Shown here in pieces: positions 13,871 to 26,944 of a DNA stretch of 64,000 nt. This stretch comes from Octopus vulgaris. Its lineage: Eukaryota. The DNA lies in contig OX597819.1 in NCBI GenBank assembly GCA_951406725.2, forward strand, positions 78,306,001-78,370,000, in the 5' to 3' direction. Positions within the stretch are counted from its first letter, which is position 1; each line of letters opens with the position of its first letter. Both the position numbers and the translations under genes were made by a program. The notes under the pieces were generated by a model that searched no databases, was not told the DNA's origin, and saw only the letters and a program-made list of their open reading frames with translations.

Positions 13871-14281
13871 CATAGCCACTGACAAATGTTATTAGTTAAG
13901 AGTGATGTTGACGGTGTTGGCTGCTGCTGCTGCTGCTGCTGCTGTTGACTGATGGTGGTGATGGCGATGGAGACGTAGCAAAAGGGTGGAACGGGAAATG
14001 GAGGTGGTTTGGTTGGGTGGGGGGTGGGGCGGTGAAGAGGGAAGAATGAGTGTTGGTAGAAGAGCATGTTTGGCAGGGAAGGTGAAGAAGAAAGAAAGGA
14101 AGTAGAAAGCAATGAAGGGTACAAGAGAGGAGGAAGAAAAAAAAAGGTAGAAGTTCACGAGGGGGTGGAGTGGAGTGGAGGGAAAAGATGTAGGAACGAA
14201 GAGGGTGGTGTAATTAAGGGGTAAATAGAGACACAGAGATTAAACCACCGTATATAGGGGTCAATACATACATACGTATAC

Positions 14282-14336
<55 letters not shown>

Positions 14337-14394
14337 AACGCGCGAAATACAGGGGGGATAACAAAATAAAGGAACTTAGAGATTATGTAACTAT

Positions 14395-14770
14395 ATATGG
14401 CTGAGTGGTAAGAAGTTTCCCAACCACATGGTTCTGGGTTGAGTCCCACTGCGTGGCACCTTGGGCAAGTGTCTTGTGAGAGGATTTGGTAGACGGAAAC
14501 TGAAAGAAACCCGTCGTGTATATATATATATATATATATATTATACACACATACATACATGTATGTGTGTGTGTCTTTGTACCTGCGTTTGTCCTCCACC
14601 ACCACCACTGCTTAACAACCGGTGTTGGCGTGTTTACGTCCTCATAAGCTAGCGGTTCGGCAATAGGTACCATTTGAATATGTACCAGTCATTAAAAAAA
14701 ATTTACAGGGGCCGATCCGTTCGACTAAAATTCTTCAAGGCGGTGCCTAGCAAGTTAAAGAATAAAAGAA
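14395..14770 (+). mobile_element. Family-A SINE
   Basis: Matches the 181-585 consensus with an internal deletion. Confidence 0.85.
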
Positions 14771-15419
14771 CTTTTATTTATATATTATAATAAGATATAT
14801 ATATATATGTGTGTGTGTGTACTCATACATACAATACACACACACTTATATACATACACGCTCATGAAATATAGAGTAGGTAATAAAAGTAAATACACTT
14901 AAGGATTATGTAATTGTACAAAGATACCTATATATATCTAATTCTCTCACCCTTATTAATTAATTATATATATATATATATATATATGTATAATGCATAA
15001 ACATGCATAGAAATACATGCAGACACTCAAACAGGTAAGCATATATACATCATACAATACCTAACATGTTGCTGTATAAAACAGACGCTGCAATTCTGTA
15101 TGGGATTGCATATATACATCGTTCCTATTATGCAAAAGTGTCGTAAGTCCAAAACGTTGCTTTTTACAGAAAACTAAAAAAATAGTTTCACCATTCCATA
15201 GTAAAACCGTTGTAATATATACACTTTGACAATTTTTAATACTTGGCATCTGAAGCAGCTGGAGGGAGATACGATAGTTTGACCAAAAGAACTGGCGATT
15301 GCAAACAAAAATAGAAATTGAAAAAAGAAGGAAAAAAAAACGCATTTGGACATACAACAGCTTAACATAATAGCAACGAGACCCCCGACACACACACACA
15401 ATTATTATTGTTATTATTA

Positions 15420-16075
15420 AGGCAGCGAGATGGCAGAATTCTTACCACGCTGGAAAAAAAACGCTTAACAAAGCATTTCTTCCGACTTTACGTTCTGAGT
15501 TCAAATGCCGCCGGAGTCGATAAAATAAATAAACTCTGGGGTCGGTATGGTCAACTTACTACACCTTCCGTCGAAATTGCTGACCATGTGCGAAAATTTG
15601 AAATTATTATTATAAAAGCGGTGAGCTGGCAGAATCGTTAGAACGCCTGCCAAAATGCTTAGCGACATTTCGTCCGTCTTTACGTTCTGAGTTCAAATTC
15701 CGCCGAGGTCGACTTTACCTTTCATCCTTTCGGAGTTGATAAATTAAGTACCAGTTGCATACTAGGGTCGATCTAATCGACTGACCCCCCCACTCCTCAC
15801 CAAATTTCAGGTCTTGTACCTATAGTAGAAAGGATTATTATTATTATTAAGGCGGCGAGCTGGCAGAATCGTTAGCACGCCAGGCAAAATGCTTAGCAGC
15901 ATTTCGCCCGTCCTTACGTTCTGAGTTCAAATTCCGCGAAGGCCGACTTTGTCTTTCATTATTTCGGGGTCGATAAATTAAGTACCAGTGAAACACCGTG
16001 GGTCGATATAATCGACTAACCCCTACTCCCAAATTTTAGGCCTTGTGCCTGTTGTAGAAAGGATTACTATTATTA
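15420..16075 (+). mobile_element. Array of three family-B SINEs
   Basis: Heads near 15421, 15617 and 15851, each preceded by an (ATT)n tail. Confidence 0.9.
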
Positions 16076-16598
16076 TTTCATTGGCTTAAGTGTATGTACT
16101 GCAAGCCACGCTGAAGTAGTTTTCAAAACTTTCAATCGGTTATATCGATCGTAGTATGTTTTGCCTTCCGGAAACGGAACTAATTGCTATAAGGAATATA
16201 AATATTCGGTACACCGACTTTGCTCGGGTATCGTACGCTCACATGTACACACGTTGGCCTTCTTCGTGGTTTTCATCAAGGCAGTTTCATTCCCAAGACT
16301 TTGGTCGACTCGAGGCAGTGGCTTAGAATCAGGAATTAAGTGGGTCCACAGCGAACTTTTTAATGATAGTCATGTGTGTATCCCTTGACTATGTCCATAT
16401 ATATGCATGTATATATACGGTTGTTGTTTGTTAGCCCTGGGTCAATTCTTATTGAGCCGATCCTATCGATCAAATGCGATTCCTATTATGGCTTTCCCGA
16501 CTTTCTTCGGTTATTGCGAAGAAAGAAAATATTGTAAAATCCTTGCGTATTTGGATGAAATGTTTTTGCGTCTATGTATATGTTGATGCATTCATATA

Positions 16599-16629
<31 letters not shown>

Positions 16630-16634
<5 letters not shown>

Positions 16635-17765
16635 AGAAGCTTGCTTCCCGACCACATGGTTCCAAGTTCAGTCTCAGAGCGTGGCGCCTTGGGCAAGTGT
16701 CTTCTGATATAGGGCCGCCCAAAGCATTGTGAGTGGATTTGGTAAGACGAAAATTGAAAGAAGCCCGTCGTGTGTGTCTTTGTGTCTGTCCTCCTCCCCA
16801 CATCCCCATGAGTGAGAGGAAAAGATAGATAGAGAGAGAGAAAAGGGTATATATATATATATACTAATAACACTTCCAAAAATATAATTGCAGAGTAACC
16901 CTTATTGTTGATCTCATATCAGAGAAGTCTGGGATGAAACTACTGGGCACTATGAAATTCTGAACTACCTAATAAGAGCAGTAAATTTTACCATATAGGC
17001 ATGGTTGTGTGGTTAAGAAGCACGTTTTGCAACCATGTAATTTCGGGTTCAGTCCCATAGCGCGGCACCTTGGGCAAGTGCATTTTACTTATAGGTCCGG
17101 GCTGACCAATGCTTTGTAAGTGAATTTGATAGACGGAAACTGCACGGACACTCGTCGTGTGTGTGTGTGCACGCGCGTTTTTGTTTGTACCCTATCACTG
17201 CTTTATAACCGATGTTGGTTTGTGCACGTCTCCCCCGTAATATATATGTAGCAGTTCGGCAAAAGAGACTGATAGAATAAGTAACAAACTTTAAAAAGTG
17301 CCGGGTCGGTTCGTTCGACTAAACTCCTTCATGGTGATGCCCCAACATGGCCGTAATGCAATGACTGAAGCAAATGAAAGTTAAAGAATTTATATAGGTG
17401 CAGGCGTTCCTGTGTGATAAGAAGCTTGCTTCCCAACCACGTGGTTCCGGGTCTTCTACTATAGCCTCAGGCCGACTAAAGCTTTGTGAATGGGTTTTGA
17501 TCTGGCCGGTGGAAACTGAAAGAAGCCCGTCGCTTATATATATGTGTGTGTATGTATATGTTTGTGTGTCTGTGTTTGTCCCCCTCACCATCGCTTGACA
17601 ACCGATGTTGTTGGTGTATTTATGTCTCTGTAACTTACCGGTTCGGCAAAAGAGATCGATAGAATAAGTACTAGGCTTATAAAGAACTAGTTCTGTGGTC
17701 GATTCGTTCGACTAAAAGTTGTGCTACAGCACGGCCGCAGTCAAATGACTGAAACAAGTAAAAGA
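16630..17765 (+). mobile_element. Cluster of three family-A SINEs
   Basis: Copies at about 16630-16800 (partial), 16998-17385 and 17396-17765. Confidence 0.85.
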
Positions 17766-17792
17766 ATGTTTGTGTGTGTAAACGAGAGAGAG

Positions 17793-17834
<42 letters not shown>

Positions 17835-19412
17835 CAGAACGGTAAAACAGGAGAGAAGTATGTTTATTCATTAACAAACATATTACTTGTACGTGTGTGT
17901 GTGTGTGTGTGTGTGTGTGTATCTGTTTGTGTTCCCGTCGGTTATAAGTAGGGTGGCACGAGGAGATTACATGGCTGCCGTCAGCTTCCCACACAAGCCT
18001 GTAATCCTCACCGTCCGTTCTCACCCCCCCCCCCACACACACACCCTTCTGATGGTATAAACTTCCTCAGCCCTCGAACTTTGATTCGCGGTGGAGTTGT
18101 CGGCGGTAGCGGCGGCGGCGGCGGCGGGAGCAATTCGACACTCGTTACAACTTCCTACCGCTATCAAATCTCTTCATTCTCCTCCACCACCACCGCCACC
18201 GCAACCACCACTTCCATCTCGATATCATTGCCATAATAACCACCACAACCACAACTGATACGTCTGTCTGTTACCGCCGCCATAATCACTACCAAAACCA
18301 AACCATACGATTTACCTCCATTATAACCACTATAATCACCGCCACTGGCACACCCAACTACGATCGCCACCACCACCACCACTACTACTATCAATATAAG
18401 TACATCATCTCCACCACCAAACACCAACGCAGCCGGCCGTGTATCGGCTCTCTCCGTTAGTGGCACCACAACCCCTACTCTCTCTCTCTCTCTCTCTCCC
18501 GCTCTCTCTCATACATACACTGCAACCTCACTAGCAAAATCACTAAAGGTTCACCACCACAATTTTTACCCCTTAACCAACACTTTCTGTCGTTCTCTCA
18601 ATAACCACCACCACCACCACCACCACCACTATTACCAACGCCACTGCCGCCGCCTCCGCCTCCGCTTCCACAAAAATCATCCATGTCCCTCCGCCCCGTC
18701 TACACCGCTGCGTTCCCTGCAATTTTCTAACAATTAATTCCCTGACATGGTCAATGTTGTGGTATAGGGCAGCGAGAGTGTTGGGTAAGGGAACGGATAG
18801 AGGAGTGGGTGGAGATTGCTGATAATGTTACTGATGCTACTGCTGCTGCTGCTGGTGATGGTTTATGTTGTTCCTATTGCTTCCGTGGACAAACGTTGTC
18901 TTGACACAAACATACTCACTCACCCCCCACTACCACGCCTAGACATATTCACACTCACGCACATATATATATATAAGGTGAGTTACACGCCTCGCCGTTA
19001 AAAGTAGATACTGTGTTTAAAACATCGTGTTTTTTATTTTTATTTTCCACAAAGAAGCTAAAAATATGTTTACTAAAAAACACCTACTCCCATTTGTTCA
19101 CATTATCCGTCTATCCTAACATCGTATCTCTGTCTGTCTGTCTGTCTATCTACACACAAACACAATATTAATTAATCATATTCCGAAGTGAGTGAGAAAT
19201 AAAGTAGTTGTTCCGTATGTTTACAGCTGTTTCGTGATCTGTATCCAGTTACATCACCGACGCACGAGCGTCCTAAACACGCATATATATACATAGGTGT
19301 GCATGGAGATGCATATATATATAGCTGTGTTGTAACATAAGATTCCTCATCAACGTACTGTTTGATACTTTGAACATTTGAACCCCTATTCCTGTTATGT
19401 TATGTGAGAATC

Positions 19413-19478
<66 letters not shown>

Positions 19479-19903
19479 CAGAGAGAGAAGTAGAAATATT
19501 GAACACGTACGTACTGAAAAGTCGACCATGCTAACCTCCATCTGCAGTATAAAACGGTACTTAAGTCAGGCGGCGAGCTGGCAGAAACGTTAGCACGCCG
19601 GGTGAAATGAGTAGCCGTATTTCGTCTGCCGTTACGTTCTGAGTTCAAATACCGTAAAGAAATAGGTATTTCGTCTACCGTTGCGTTCTGTGTGTGTGTA
19701 TATGAGAGAGAGTGGGGGTGGAAGGGAGATAACAGGATGTAACTTAAGAGAGGTTTGGCTGCTATATCTAGGAGATCAAGCAATTATGTGGATCAGTGAT
19801 TCTCAACCTTCAGACCTATAGTGAGGAGCGTTCCATTAAGATGTGTTACCTTGTTTTTGGTTGTTTTATTTTTCTGGGACAGAGTGTATCTAGGACTACC
19901 ATT

Positions 19904-20176
19904 GGAAAAGCTTCCGCCCGTCCCCACCCGCCTTTTCTCCTAAATTTGTATATTTAAAAAATTCTTTTTTGCCCCAAATCCCCGTTTTCAGATACAGAGG
20001 TTTCGAAAAATTGCCAAAATTCGGCAATGTGAAATTCCTCCCGCCCCAATTTTGGAAATATCGATTTTTGCCAATGATTTTGCAGATTCGTATTCCCCCG
20101 TAGCCGAAAAGCGGGGTGGTGTCGAAAAAAACTTTTTTTAAGGGTGGTTTGAGAGGTGGGGGGCGGAAGTCTTGCC
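19904..20176. mobile_element. MITE with GG-starting TIRs and 8-bp TSD (Merlin-like)
   Basis: Ends GGAAAAGCTTCCGCCC and GGGCGGAAGTCTTGCC. TSD CTACCATT at 19896-19903 and 20177-20184. The empty site is seen in the paralogous segment near 23216. Confidence 0.8.
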
Positions 20177-20316
20177 CTACCATTATCCAATATGTCATTC
20201 CTTTAAATTTAGGTAAATAGGGTGATTGTGATCAGAGAGGCGGGGGTAGCTACTATTTCAAACAGTTCAAGCGACCACGTACAGGTACTTTCTTCGGTTC
20301 GGGATTGTTTTATTGA

Positions 20317-20351
<35 letters not shown>

Positions 20352-20700
20352 ATAGTAGTAATAGCAGCAGCAGCAACAACAGCAGCACTAGTAGAGCTGT
20401 CAAAGAAAAGAGTTATGTGTTTCAAACCGCCTAATAATAAAATTACTGTTGTTCATTGCGTCTGTTCATGGAATGTTGTTTCACATCGTTGTACAAACGT
20501 TTCCTTCCCATGCTTTGCAAAGCAATAAATAAACAAATAAATAAATAAATAAATAGATAGATAGATAGATAGATAGATAAGGCAGTGTTCCAGCATGGGC
20601 GCAGTCAAATAACTGAAACAAGTAAAAAAACAACAGAATAAAATAAGCAGATTATTTTCAGCAAATGTTATTTTTTGTGCAGTGGTGTATTCATAATTCT

Positions 20701-20732
<32 letters not shown>

Positions 20733-20733
<1 letters not shown>

Positions 20734-20905
20734 CGGGAAAGTTTACGAAAATAAACAAAAGACGAAGGCAGGTGGAGTACAAACAAACAATTGTATTAGT
20801 ATAGCGCCCAGGAATTGAAATAGAAAAAGACTTTTACGTTTCGAGCCTACGCTCTTCGACAGAAAGATACACAGAAAAAAACAAGGAGAGAAAAAAATGC
20901 GTGTA
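20733..20905 (-). mobile_element. Short Penelope-like element with minimal hammerhead variant
   Basis: Minus strand 20866-20831 reads CTTT CTGTCGA A GAGC GTAG GCTC GAAA C GTA AAAG. Second copy at 60903-61089. Confidence 0.65.
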
Positions 20906-20929
20906 ATCCGAGCCATCATATGCTTCTAT

Positions 20930-21260
20930 TTAGAAGTCCGAATCGTGGTCCTTTGCTATTCGTAAGACCCGTTGAAGAGAAAGCAGGTCGACCCCCGACA
21001 CCGAGAGCATCGACGGATGGATGAATGCACATCCAGGCTCAGCGGTTGCGTAGGAAGTCGGGGACAAGAAACAGGAAGAAAGAGTGAGAGAAAGTTGGGG
21101 CGAAAGAGTACAACAGGGGTCGCCACCACCCCCTGCCGGAGCCTCGCGGAGCTTTAGGTGTTTTCGCTCAATAAACACACACAACGCCCGGTCTGGTAAT
21201 CGAAACCGCGATCGTCCGACCGCGAGTCTGCTGCCCTAACCACAGGGCCATTGCGCCTCC
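20930..21260 (-). mobile_element. tRNA-derived SINE, family D
   Basis: Head GGAGGCGCAATGGCCCTGTGGTTAGGGCAGCAGACTCGCGG..GGTTTCGATT. The same head is at 58301. Confidence 0.8.
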
Positions 21261-21531
21261 TGCTGGTGCTGGTGGCGGCGAAGCACAGACGAAGTTGACG
21301 TTTCATCAAAAACAGAAGTGACAGAAACAACAAAGTTCAAATTTAGTTACATCATCATCATCATCACCACCACTACCACCATCGTTAGCTTCGGAAGAAT
21401 TGGTGTGCGACGTTACCGTATTTGGACGCGTGGGCATATTAGTCGCACCCCAATTTCAGCAGCACATATCCAGGGGAAAAGGTTTCAGTGCATTAACGCA
21501 CGTATTGTTTAAAAAGAGTTGCTGTAGATCC

Positions 21532-21762
21532 TATTTCTTTATTACCCACAAGGGGCTAAACATAAAGGGGACAAACAAGGACAGACATAGGTATTAAGTC
21601 GATTACATCGACCCCAGTGCGTAACTGGTACTTAATTTATCGACCCCGAAAGGATGAAAGGCAAAGTCGACCTCGGCGGAATTTGAACTCACAACGTAAC
21701 GCAGACGAAATACCGCTAAGCATTTCGCCCGGCGTGCTAACGTTTCTGCCAGCTCGCCGCCT
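21532..21762 (-). mobile_element. Young full-length family-B SINE with TSD
   Basis: TSD TGTAGATCC at 21523-21531 and 21763-21771. Confidence 0.92.
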
Positions 21763-22363
21763 TGTAGATCCGTAATGCATCATACGGCTGTGCCCGTCAC
21801 CTGTATGGTGAGGAATCCTACGGTGGGGAGTGGTACCGACTAGGGTAAGGTAGCCGACTGCGTATTGTGATCATTCATCTTTTGGTTTCCTGTAGCTTTG
21901 CTCTCTTTTACAAATCCAGTGAACATTCATATATTTCCGATTTCCAAGAAATTTGAACAATAGATATAACACCCAAGTTAAAAAGAAGATTCCCAACAAT
22001 TCAACTTCTCTGGTTGACTTTAAGACACCCACCTCTAATAGGGGTCTTAATTCCCACATTTTAGAGCTCCATGTGCTCTATTTTACCGAACCTGAAAAGA
22101 TGAAAGGCAAAGTCGACCTCGGTAGAACTCAGAATGTAAAGACGAACGAGATGCTACTAAGCATTTTGTCCGGCGTGCTAGCGATTCTGCCAGCACGCTG
22201 CCTTTATAGCAGAAAAGATTATTCCCAAGATTAAAGCGGTGAGCTGGCAGAATCGTTAGGGAGCTGGACAAAATGCTTAACAGCATTTCTTCCGGGTTTT
22301 TACATTCTGGGAACAAACGCCGACGAGGTCGACTTTGTCTTTCATCTTTTCGGGATCGATAAA

Positions 22364-22840
22364 ACAAGTACCAGTTGTATACTGGAGTCGATGTTAATCG
22401 ATTTAACCCCGTCCCTTAAAAAAAAAAAAAAAAAAATTCTATCTTTGTACCAAAATTTGAAACCCTTATTCCTCGCTCGGATTCATAAAAAAAAGTACCA
22501 GTAATACTGTGTTCCGACTGAAACGACTTCACCACCTACCCCCAAAAGAGGAGGATGGCAGTGTGTCAGTGTATATAGATCAATAGATTAGCAACGAGCG
22601 TCGTACAAGTACCAGTTGTATACTGGAGTCGATGTTAATCGATTTAACCCCGTCCCTTAAAAAAAAAAAAATTCTATCTTTGTACCAAAATTTGAAACCC
22701 TTATTCCTCGCTCGGATTCATAAAAAAAAGTACCAGTAATACTGTGTTCCGACTGAAACGACTTCACCACCTACCCCCAAAAGAGGAGGATGGCAGTGTG
22801 TCAATGTATATAGATCAATAGATTAGCAACGAGCGTCGTA
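22364..22840. repeat. Near-identical tandem duplication, about 240 bp unit
   Basis: 22364-22604 is repeated at 22605-22840, differing in poly-A length and one visible substitution. Confidence 0.92.
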
Positions 22841-23358
22841 TCTGGTCGAATCGATAAGCTGTCAATATCAACAACCCAAGTGTAAAGGCCGACATTTTGA
22901 ATCTTGTCATTTTATTGTTGCAAGCAGTAGTAGCTGTAGTGACGTTAGTAGGGAGCGGGTGGGGTGAGGTGGGGGGTGAGTGGTTGTACAGCATCTTCGT
23001 AAATATTGAAGATTATGTAATAGTAGACGTACTATTATTACATAAAGGCGTATTTTGAGTTATTGGCGATTTTATTGTTGGTGCTTAGTCAGTACCTAAA
23101 TGTAGCCTTGATGATGAAGCAGACCTATATATAGTGAAGAGCGTTCCATTAAGATGTGTTACCTTGTCTTTGGTTGTTGCTTTATTTTTTTTTCTCGGAC
23201 AGAGTGTATCTAGGACTACCGTTATCTAATATGTTCATTCCTTTAAATTTAGGTGAATAGGATGATTGTGATCAGAGAGGTGGGGGTGGCTGCTATTTCA
23301 AACAGTTCAAGCGACCACGTACAGGTAACTTCTTCGGCGCTCGGGATTGTTCTGTTGA

Positions 23359-23360
<2 letters not shown>

Positions 23361-23406
<46 letters not shown>

Positions 23407-23493
23407 CAATAGTAGTAATAGTAGTAGTAGTAGTGGGGCTGCGACTAATGATGGTAGTAGTAATAGTGGTGGCGGTGGTAATGATGTTAATGA

Positions 23494-23530
<37 letters not shown>

Positions 23531-23652
23531 CGTAGTAGCAATAGTAGTAGTAGTAATTGATACTGTGATGACTACTGGTAGTAGTAGTGGGGTGGGACTA
23601 ATGATGGTAGTAGCAATAGTAGTGGTGGTGGTGGTGGTAATGATGTTAATGA

Positions 23653-23688
<36 letters not shown>

Positions 23689-23850
23689 CAATAGTAGTAG
23701 TAGTAATTGATACTGTGATGACTACTGGTAGTAGTAGTAGTAGTAGTGGGGGTGGGACTAATGATTGTAGTAGCAATAGTAGTGGTGGTGGTGGTGGTGG
23801 TAATGATGTTAATGATAGTAGCAGTAGTAGTAGTAGTAGTAGTAGTAGTA
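23361..23850. repeat. (TAG)n-derived minisatellite with about 130-150 bp higher-order units
   Basis: Recurrent GGGACTAATGATGGTAG..GGTAATGATGTTAATGATAG blocks three times, ATTGATACTGTGATGACTACTGG twice. Confidence 0.85.
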
Positions 23851-24884
23851 GCGTGTATTGTCGGTATTCCCTACTGTTGCTGTTACAGTGACTGCAGCTG
23901 TTGCTGTTGTACTCGCTACCACAACCACAACCACAACCAAATATGCTAGCGTCCCACTGTTACTACTACTACTGCTACTACTACACAAAGTCTCTCTGCT
24001 CAGTTGTTTCGAACAGCTGGAAATAGCAGGCAAATCCCTCAAGCCGTCTTTAAAAACAAAACAAAACAAAAAAAAAAACAAAAAAAATTAAAGAAAAACG
24101 AGAGGATGCAATAAATTATTTTTTAGCTCGGAAGTACCGTACCCTACGATACCTTAAATAAAGGTGGGTGGTCATGGCTGGACTCATCCGACCGAGAGAG
24201 GGACTAAACAAGAGCAACTACTACTACTACTACTACTACTAAGCACGAGTGGGTGCAGCAGCAGCGGCAGCAAGACCAGCAGTAACTGCTGCTGTTCTTG
24301 CCATTGTTGCTGCTGCTAATGCATTCTCTGTTCTGCTGATATCACCTGTTGCAGTTGCTGATGCTGCAATTACTGTTTTGAACAGCGGATGCAAATGTCG
24401 TGGCTGCTAATGTTATTGCGGCTGCTGTTAACGATGGTGATGGTGATGGTTGGTGGTGGTGGCCACTTACTATGGGTTGTTTAGCCCCCGGGTCAGTTCT
24501 CGTCGGAGTAACACTTTAATTAAAAACACCACAGTCGTCCGTGACCATCATGTCTTATTGTGTGTACGGCGGTATAGTGAGATGTAATTTGAGGGAGATT
24601 TGGACGCAATTTCTAGTTATTACGTAAAGGCTCTCTCGTTGACTTTGTTGTTGTTGTTGGTGGTGGTATTTAAATCACTCAGTTGTAATCAATTAGATCT
24701 CCGTTCAAATGTGTTCCAGTCGTGACCATCCCGTCTTTTATTTTTGTCAATTTTAGTGGGTTTTTTTTTCATATTTTAAGGTGCTAAGCATGCGATATAA
24801 GGGAGATTTGGATACTACTTCTACCAGGCCGTGCGACGACGTGCAGGTTCCCTCGATTTGATATTGGTGTTCTTGATGTTTATT

Positions 24885-25114
24885 GACGGGCTTCAAATGT
24901 TGGCACAAAGGCCAGCAATTTCGTGGTGGTGATGGTGGGGTGGTCTAGGTCGATTACATCGACCCCAGTACTCAACTGGGTTTTACAAGTAACGCCCCTG
25001 AAAGAATGAAAGGCAAAGTCGACCTCGGCAGAATTTGAACTCAGAACGTAACGACTGACGAAATGCTGCTAAGCATTTTGCCTGGCGCAGTAACATTTCT
25101 GCAAGCTAGCCACC
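24885..25114 (-). mobile_element. Family-B SINE
   Basis: Reverse complement of the core and head. Confidence 0.8.
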
Positions 25115-25809
25115 TTGTTGTTGTTTATTGATTATATAGTTATTACTATTAATTATTAATGTAGTTGCTGTTAATTCGGTTGTTAATGACAGATAGTTTT
25201 ATTGTATTTTGTCGGTTTGCTCTCCTTAATTTAAATCGGCAAGAGGCAAATTCAAGATCTGTATATAAGCATCTTAAATTAAGGGACATGTCGTTTTATA
25301 GTTTATTGCGGTCTCTCCATTTCTTAGATAATTAGGGGGTTTACCTGAGGGAAGATTCATTGCCAGATTCAGCAGGTCGTTTGAAAATGAAGGAGTTTCC
25401 TCGTAACATGTCGCATGGTAGTCACACAATGGAATCTAATTTCAGTTAATACGTTAACTGCTTTTCTTTTTTTTTTTTTGCTATCTCCCAAGATGAGGAA
25501 TTCACCCGAAATATAAAGAATTGATAAATTATTAATTCTCCTTTCGCATTGTAAAAAGCTCTTTGCACTGTTTCTTTATTGTTTACTCATACAGATACGG
25601 CATCGATTCTCAGGAACCTTAGTTCCAAAGCCATCCCGGATTATTGATTTTTCAAAAGTAGGGATGATCACACTCTAAATTAAACAAATAATAAAATTAC
25701 TTACGTAATTAAATGAAATGCTGGTACTTGTATATTAGTAAAAACGATACAAGTTTATTAACAGTATACTGTGAAGGGTACTAGCCTATGCATGGTACTC
25801 GTAAACTAG

Positions 25810-26004
25810 CGTTTCTGCCGCCTAGCCGTATTTCGTCTGCCGTTACGTTCTGAGTTCAAATTCCGCCGAGGTTCACTTTGCCTTTCATCCTTTCGGGGTC
25901 GATAAATTAAGTTACGCACTGGGGTCGATATAATCGACTTAATCCGTTTGTCTGTCCTTGTTTGTCCTCTCTGTGTTTAGCCCCTTGTGGGTAGTAAAGA
26001 AATA
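25810..26004 (+). mobile_element. Family-B SINE with inverted 5' tip and 16-bp TSD
   Basis: TSD GGTACTCGTAAACTAG at 25794-25809 and 26005-26020. The insert starts CGTTTCTGCCGCC, the reverse complement of head sequence. Confidence 0.88.
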
Positions 26005-26143
26005 GGTACTCGTAAACTAGTTTGGCACCCACGGGAATTTGAAGTTCCTGCTCGGAAATTAGTGCAGATTATAAGGGGTTCTGGACAATCAGAGTGAGAA
26101 AGTCGGTGTTGCACCTGTATATCAATAATTAAATGAAAGTATT

Positions 26144-26216
26144 GTCTCTGTAGCACAGCGGATAGAGTGCTGGATTTCTAATCCAGAGGCCGCAGGTTCG
26201 TATCTTGCCACGCACG
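26144..26216 (+). tRNA. Degenerate tRNA-Arg(TCT), probably a pseudogene
   Basis: 73 nt. Perfect anticodon arm CTGGA-TT-TCT-AA-TCCAG, T arm GCAGG-TTCGTAT-CTTGC, downstream T runs. There are two C-C mismatches in the acceptor stem and one A-A mismatch in the D stem. Confidence 0.7.
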
Positions 26217-26414
26217 ATATTTTCACTTTTTTCAAGATGGTACCCCCCACCCCATGGCTGCAGTTTAATGGCGGAGACAAGGAAAGAGTATAATGCTATC
26301 TATTAGAATTATAGTGATTATTTCGCTGGTATAAAGTTGGTTTATGGTGAGTGGGACAGTTATATTGAGTTGGTTCAAAGCCAACAACATATTCACAGGT
26401 TTACATTGTCATGG

Positions 26415-26456
<42 letters not shown>

Positions 26457-26944
26457 TTCTGCGAGAGGAATGGGGGAATAAGCAGCGCTCCGTCAGAAAG
26501 GTTGTGCTCATGACCTCTGAGTTTTTTTTTTAAAACGTATGGAGGAAGTTACCCTCAAACCGGTGACCTGGCCCGAATACTTACAGCACAGAGAACTCCG
26601 CTAAAGGCGCCCAAGGCGTCGGTATTGGTGTTAAATCGTGTGACGGATTAATGCTACTACAGACGAACTCTGAAGACAAAGAACTAGAATAAATACTTCA
26701 AGACATCTCACTCGACATTTCATCTTACAGTTCCGCCATTCCGTTGCCCTAGACTAGTACTTTATGTTATTGACCCCCTAAAGGATATAAGGCAAAGGTG
26801 ATCCCGGTAGGGTTTGAACTCAAAATTCAGAAAGCCGGAACAAATACCGCTAGACATTTAGTTTTATGCTCTAATACGACTCATCCAATTAGCTAATTAT
26901 AATCTTGTGTTGGAGACGATTCGTTTGTATATTTAGTAAGGCAA

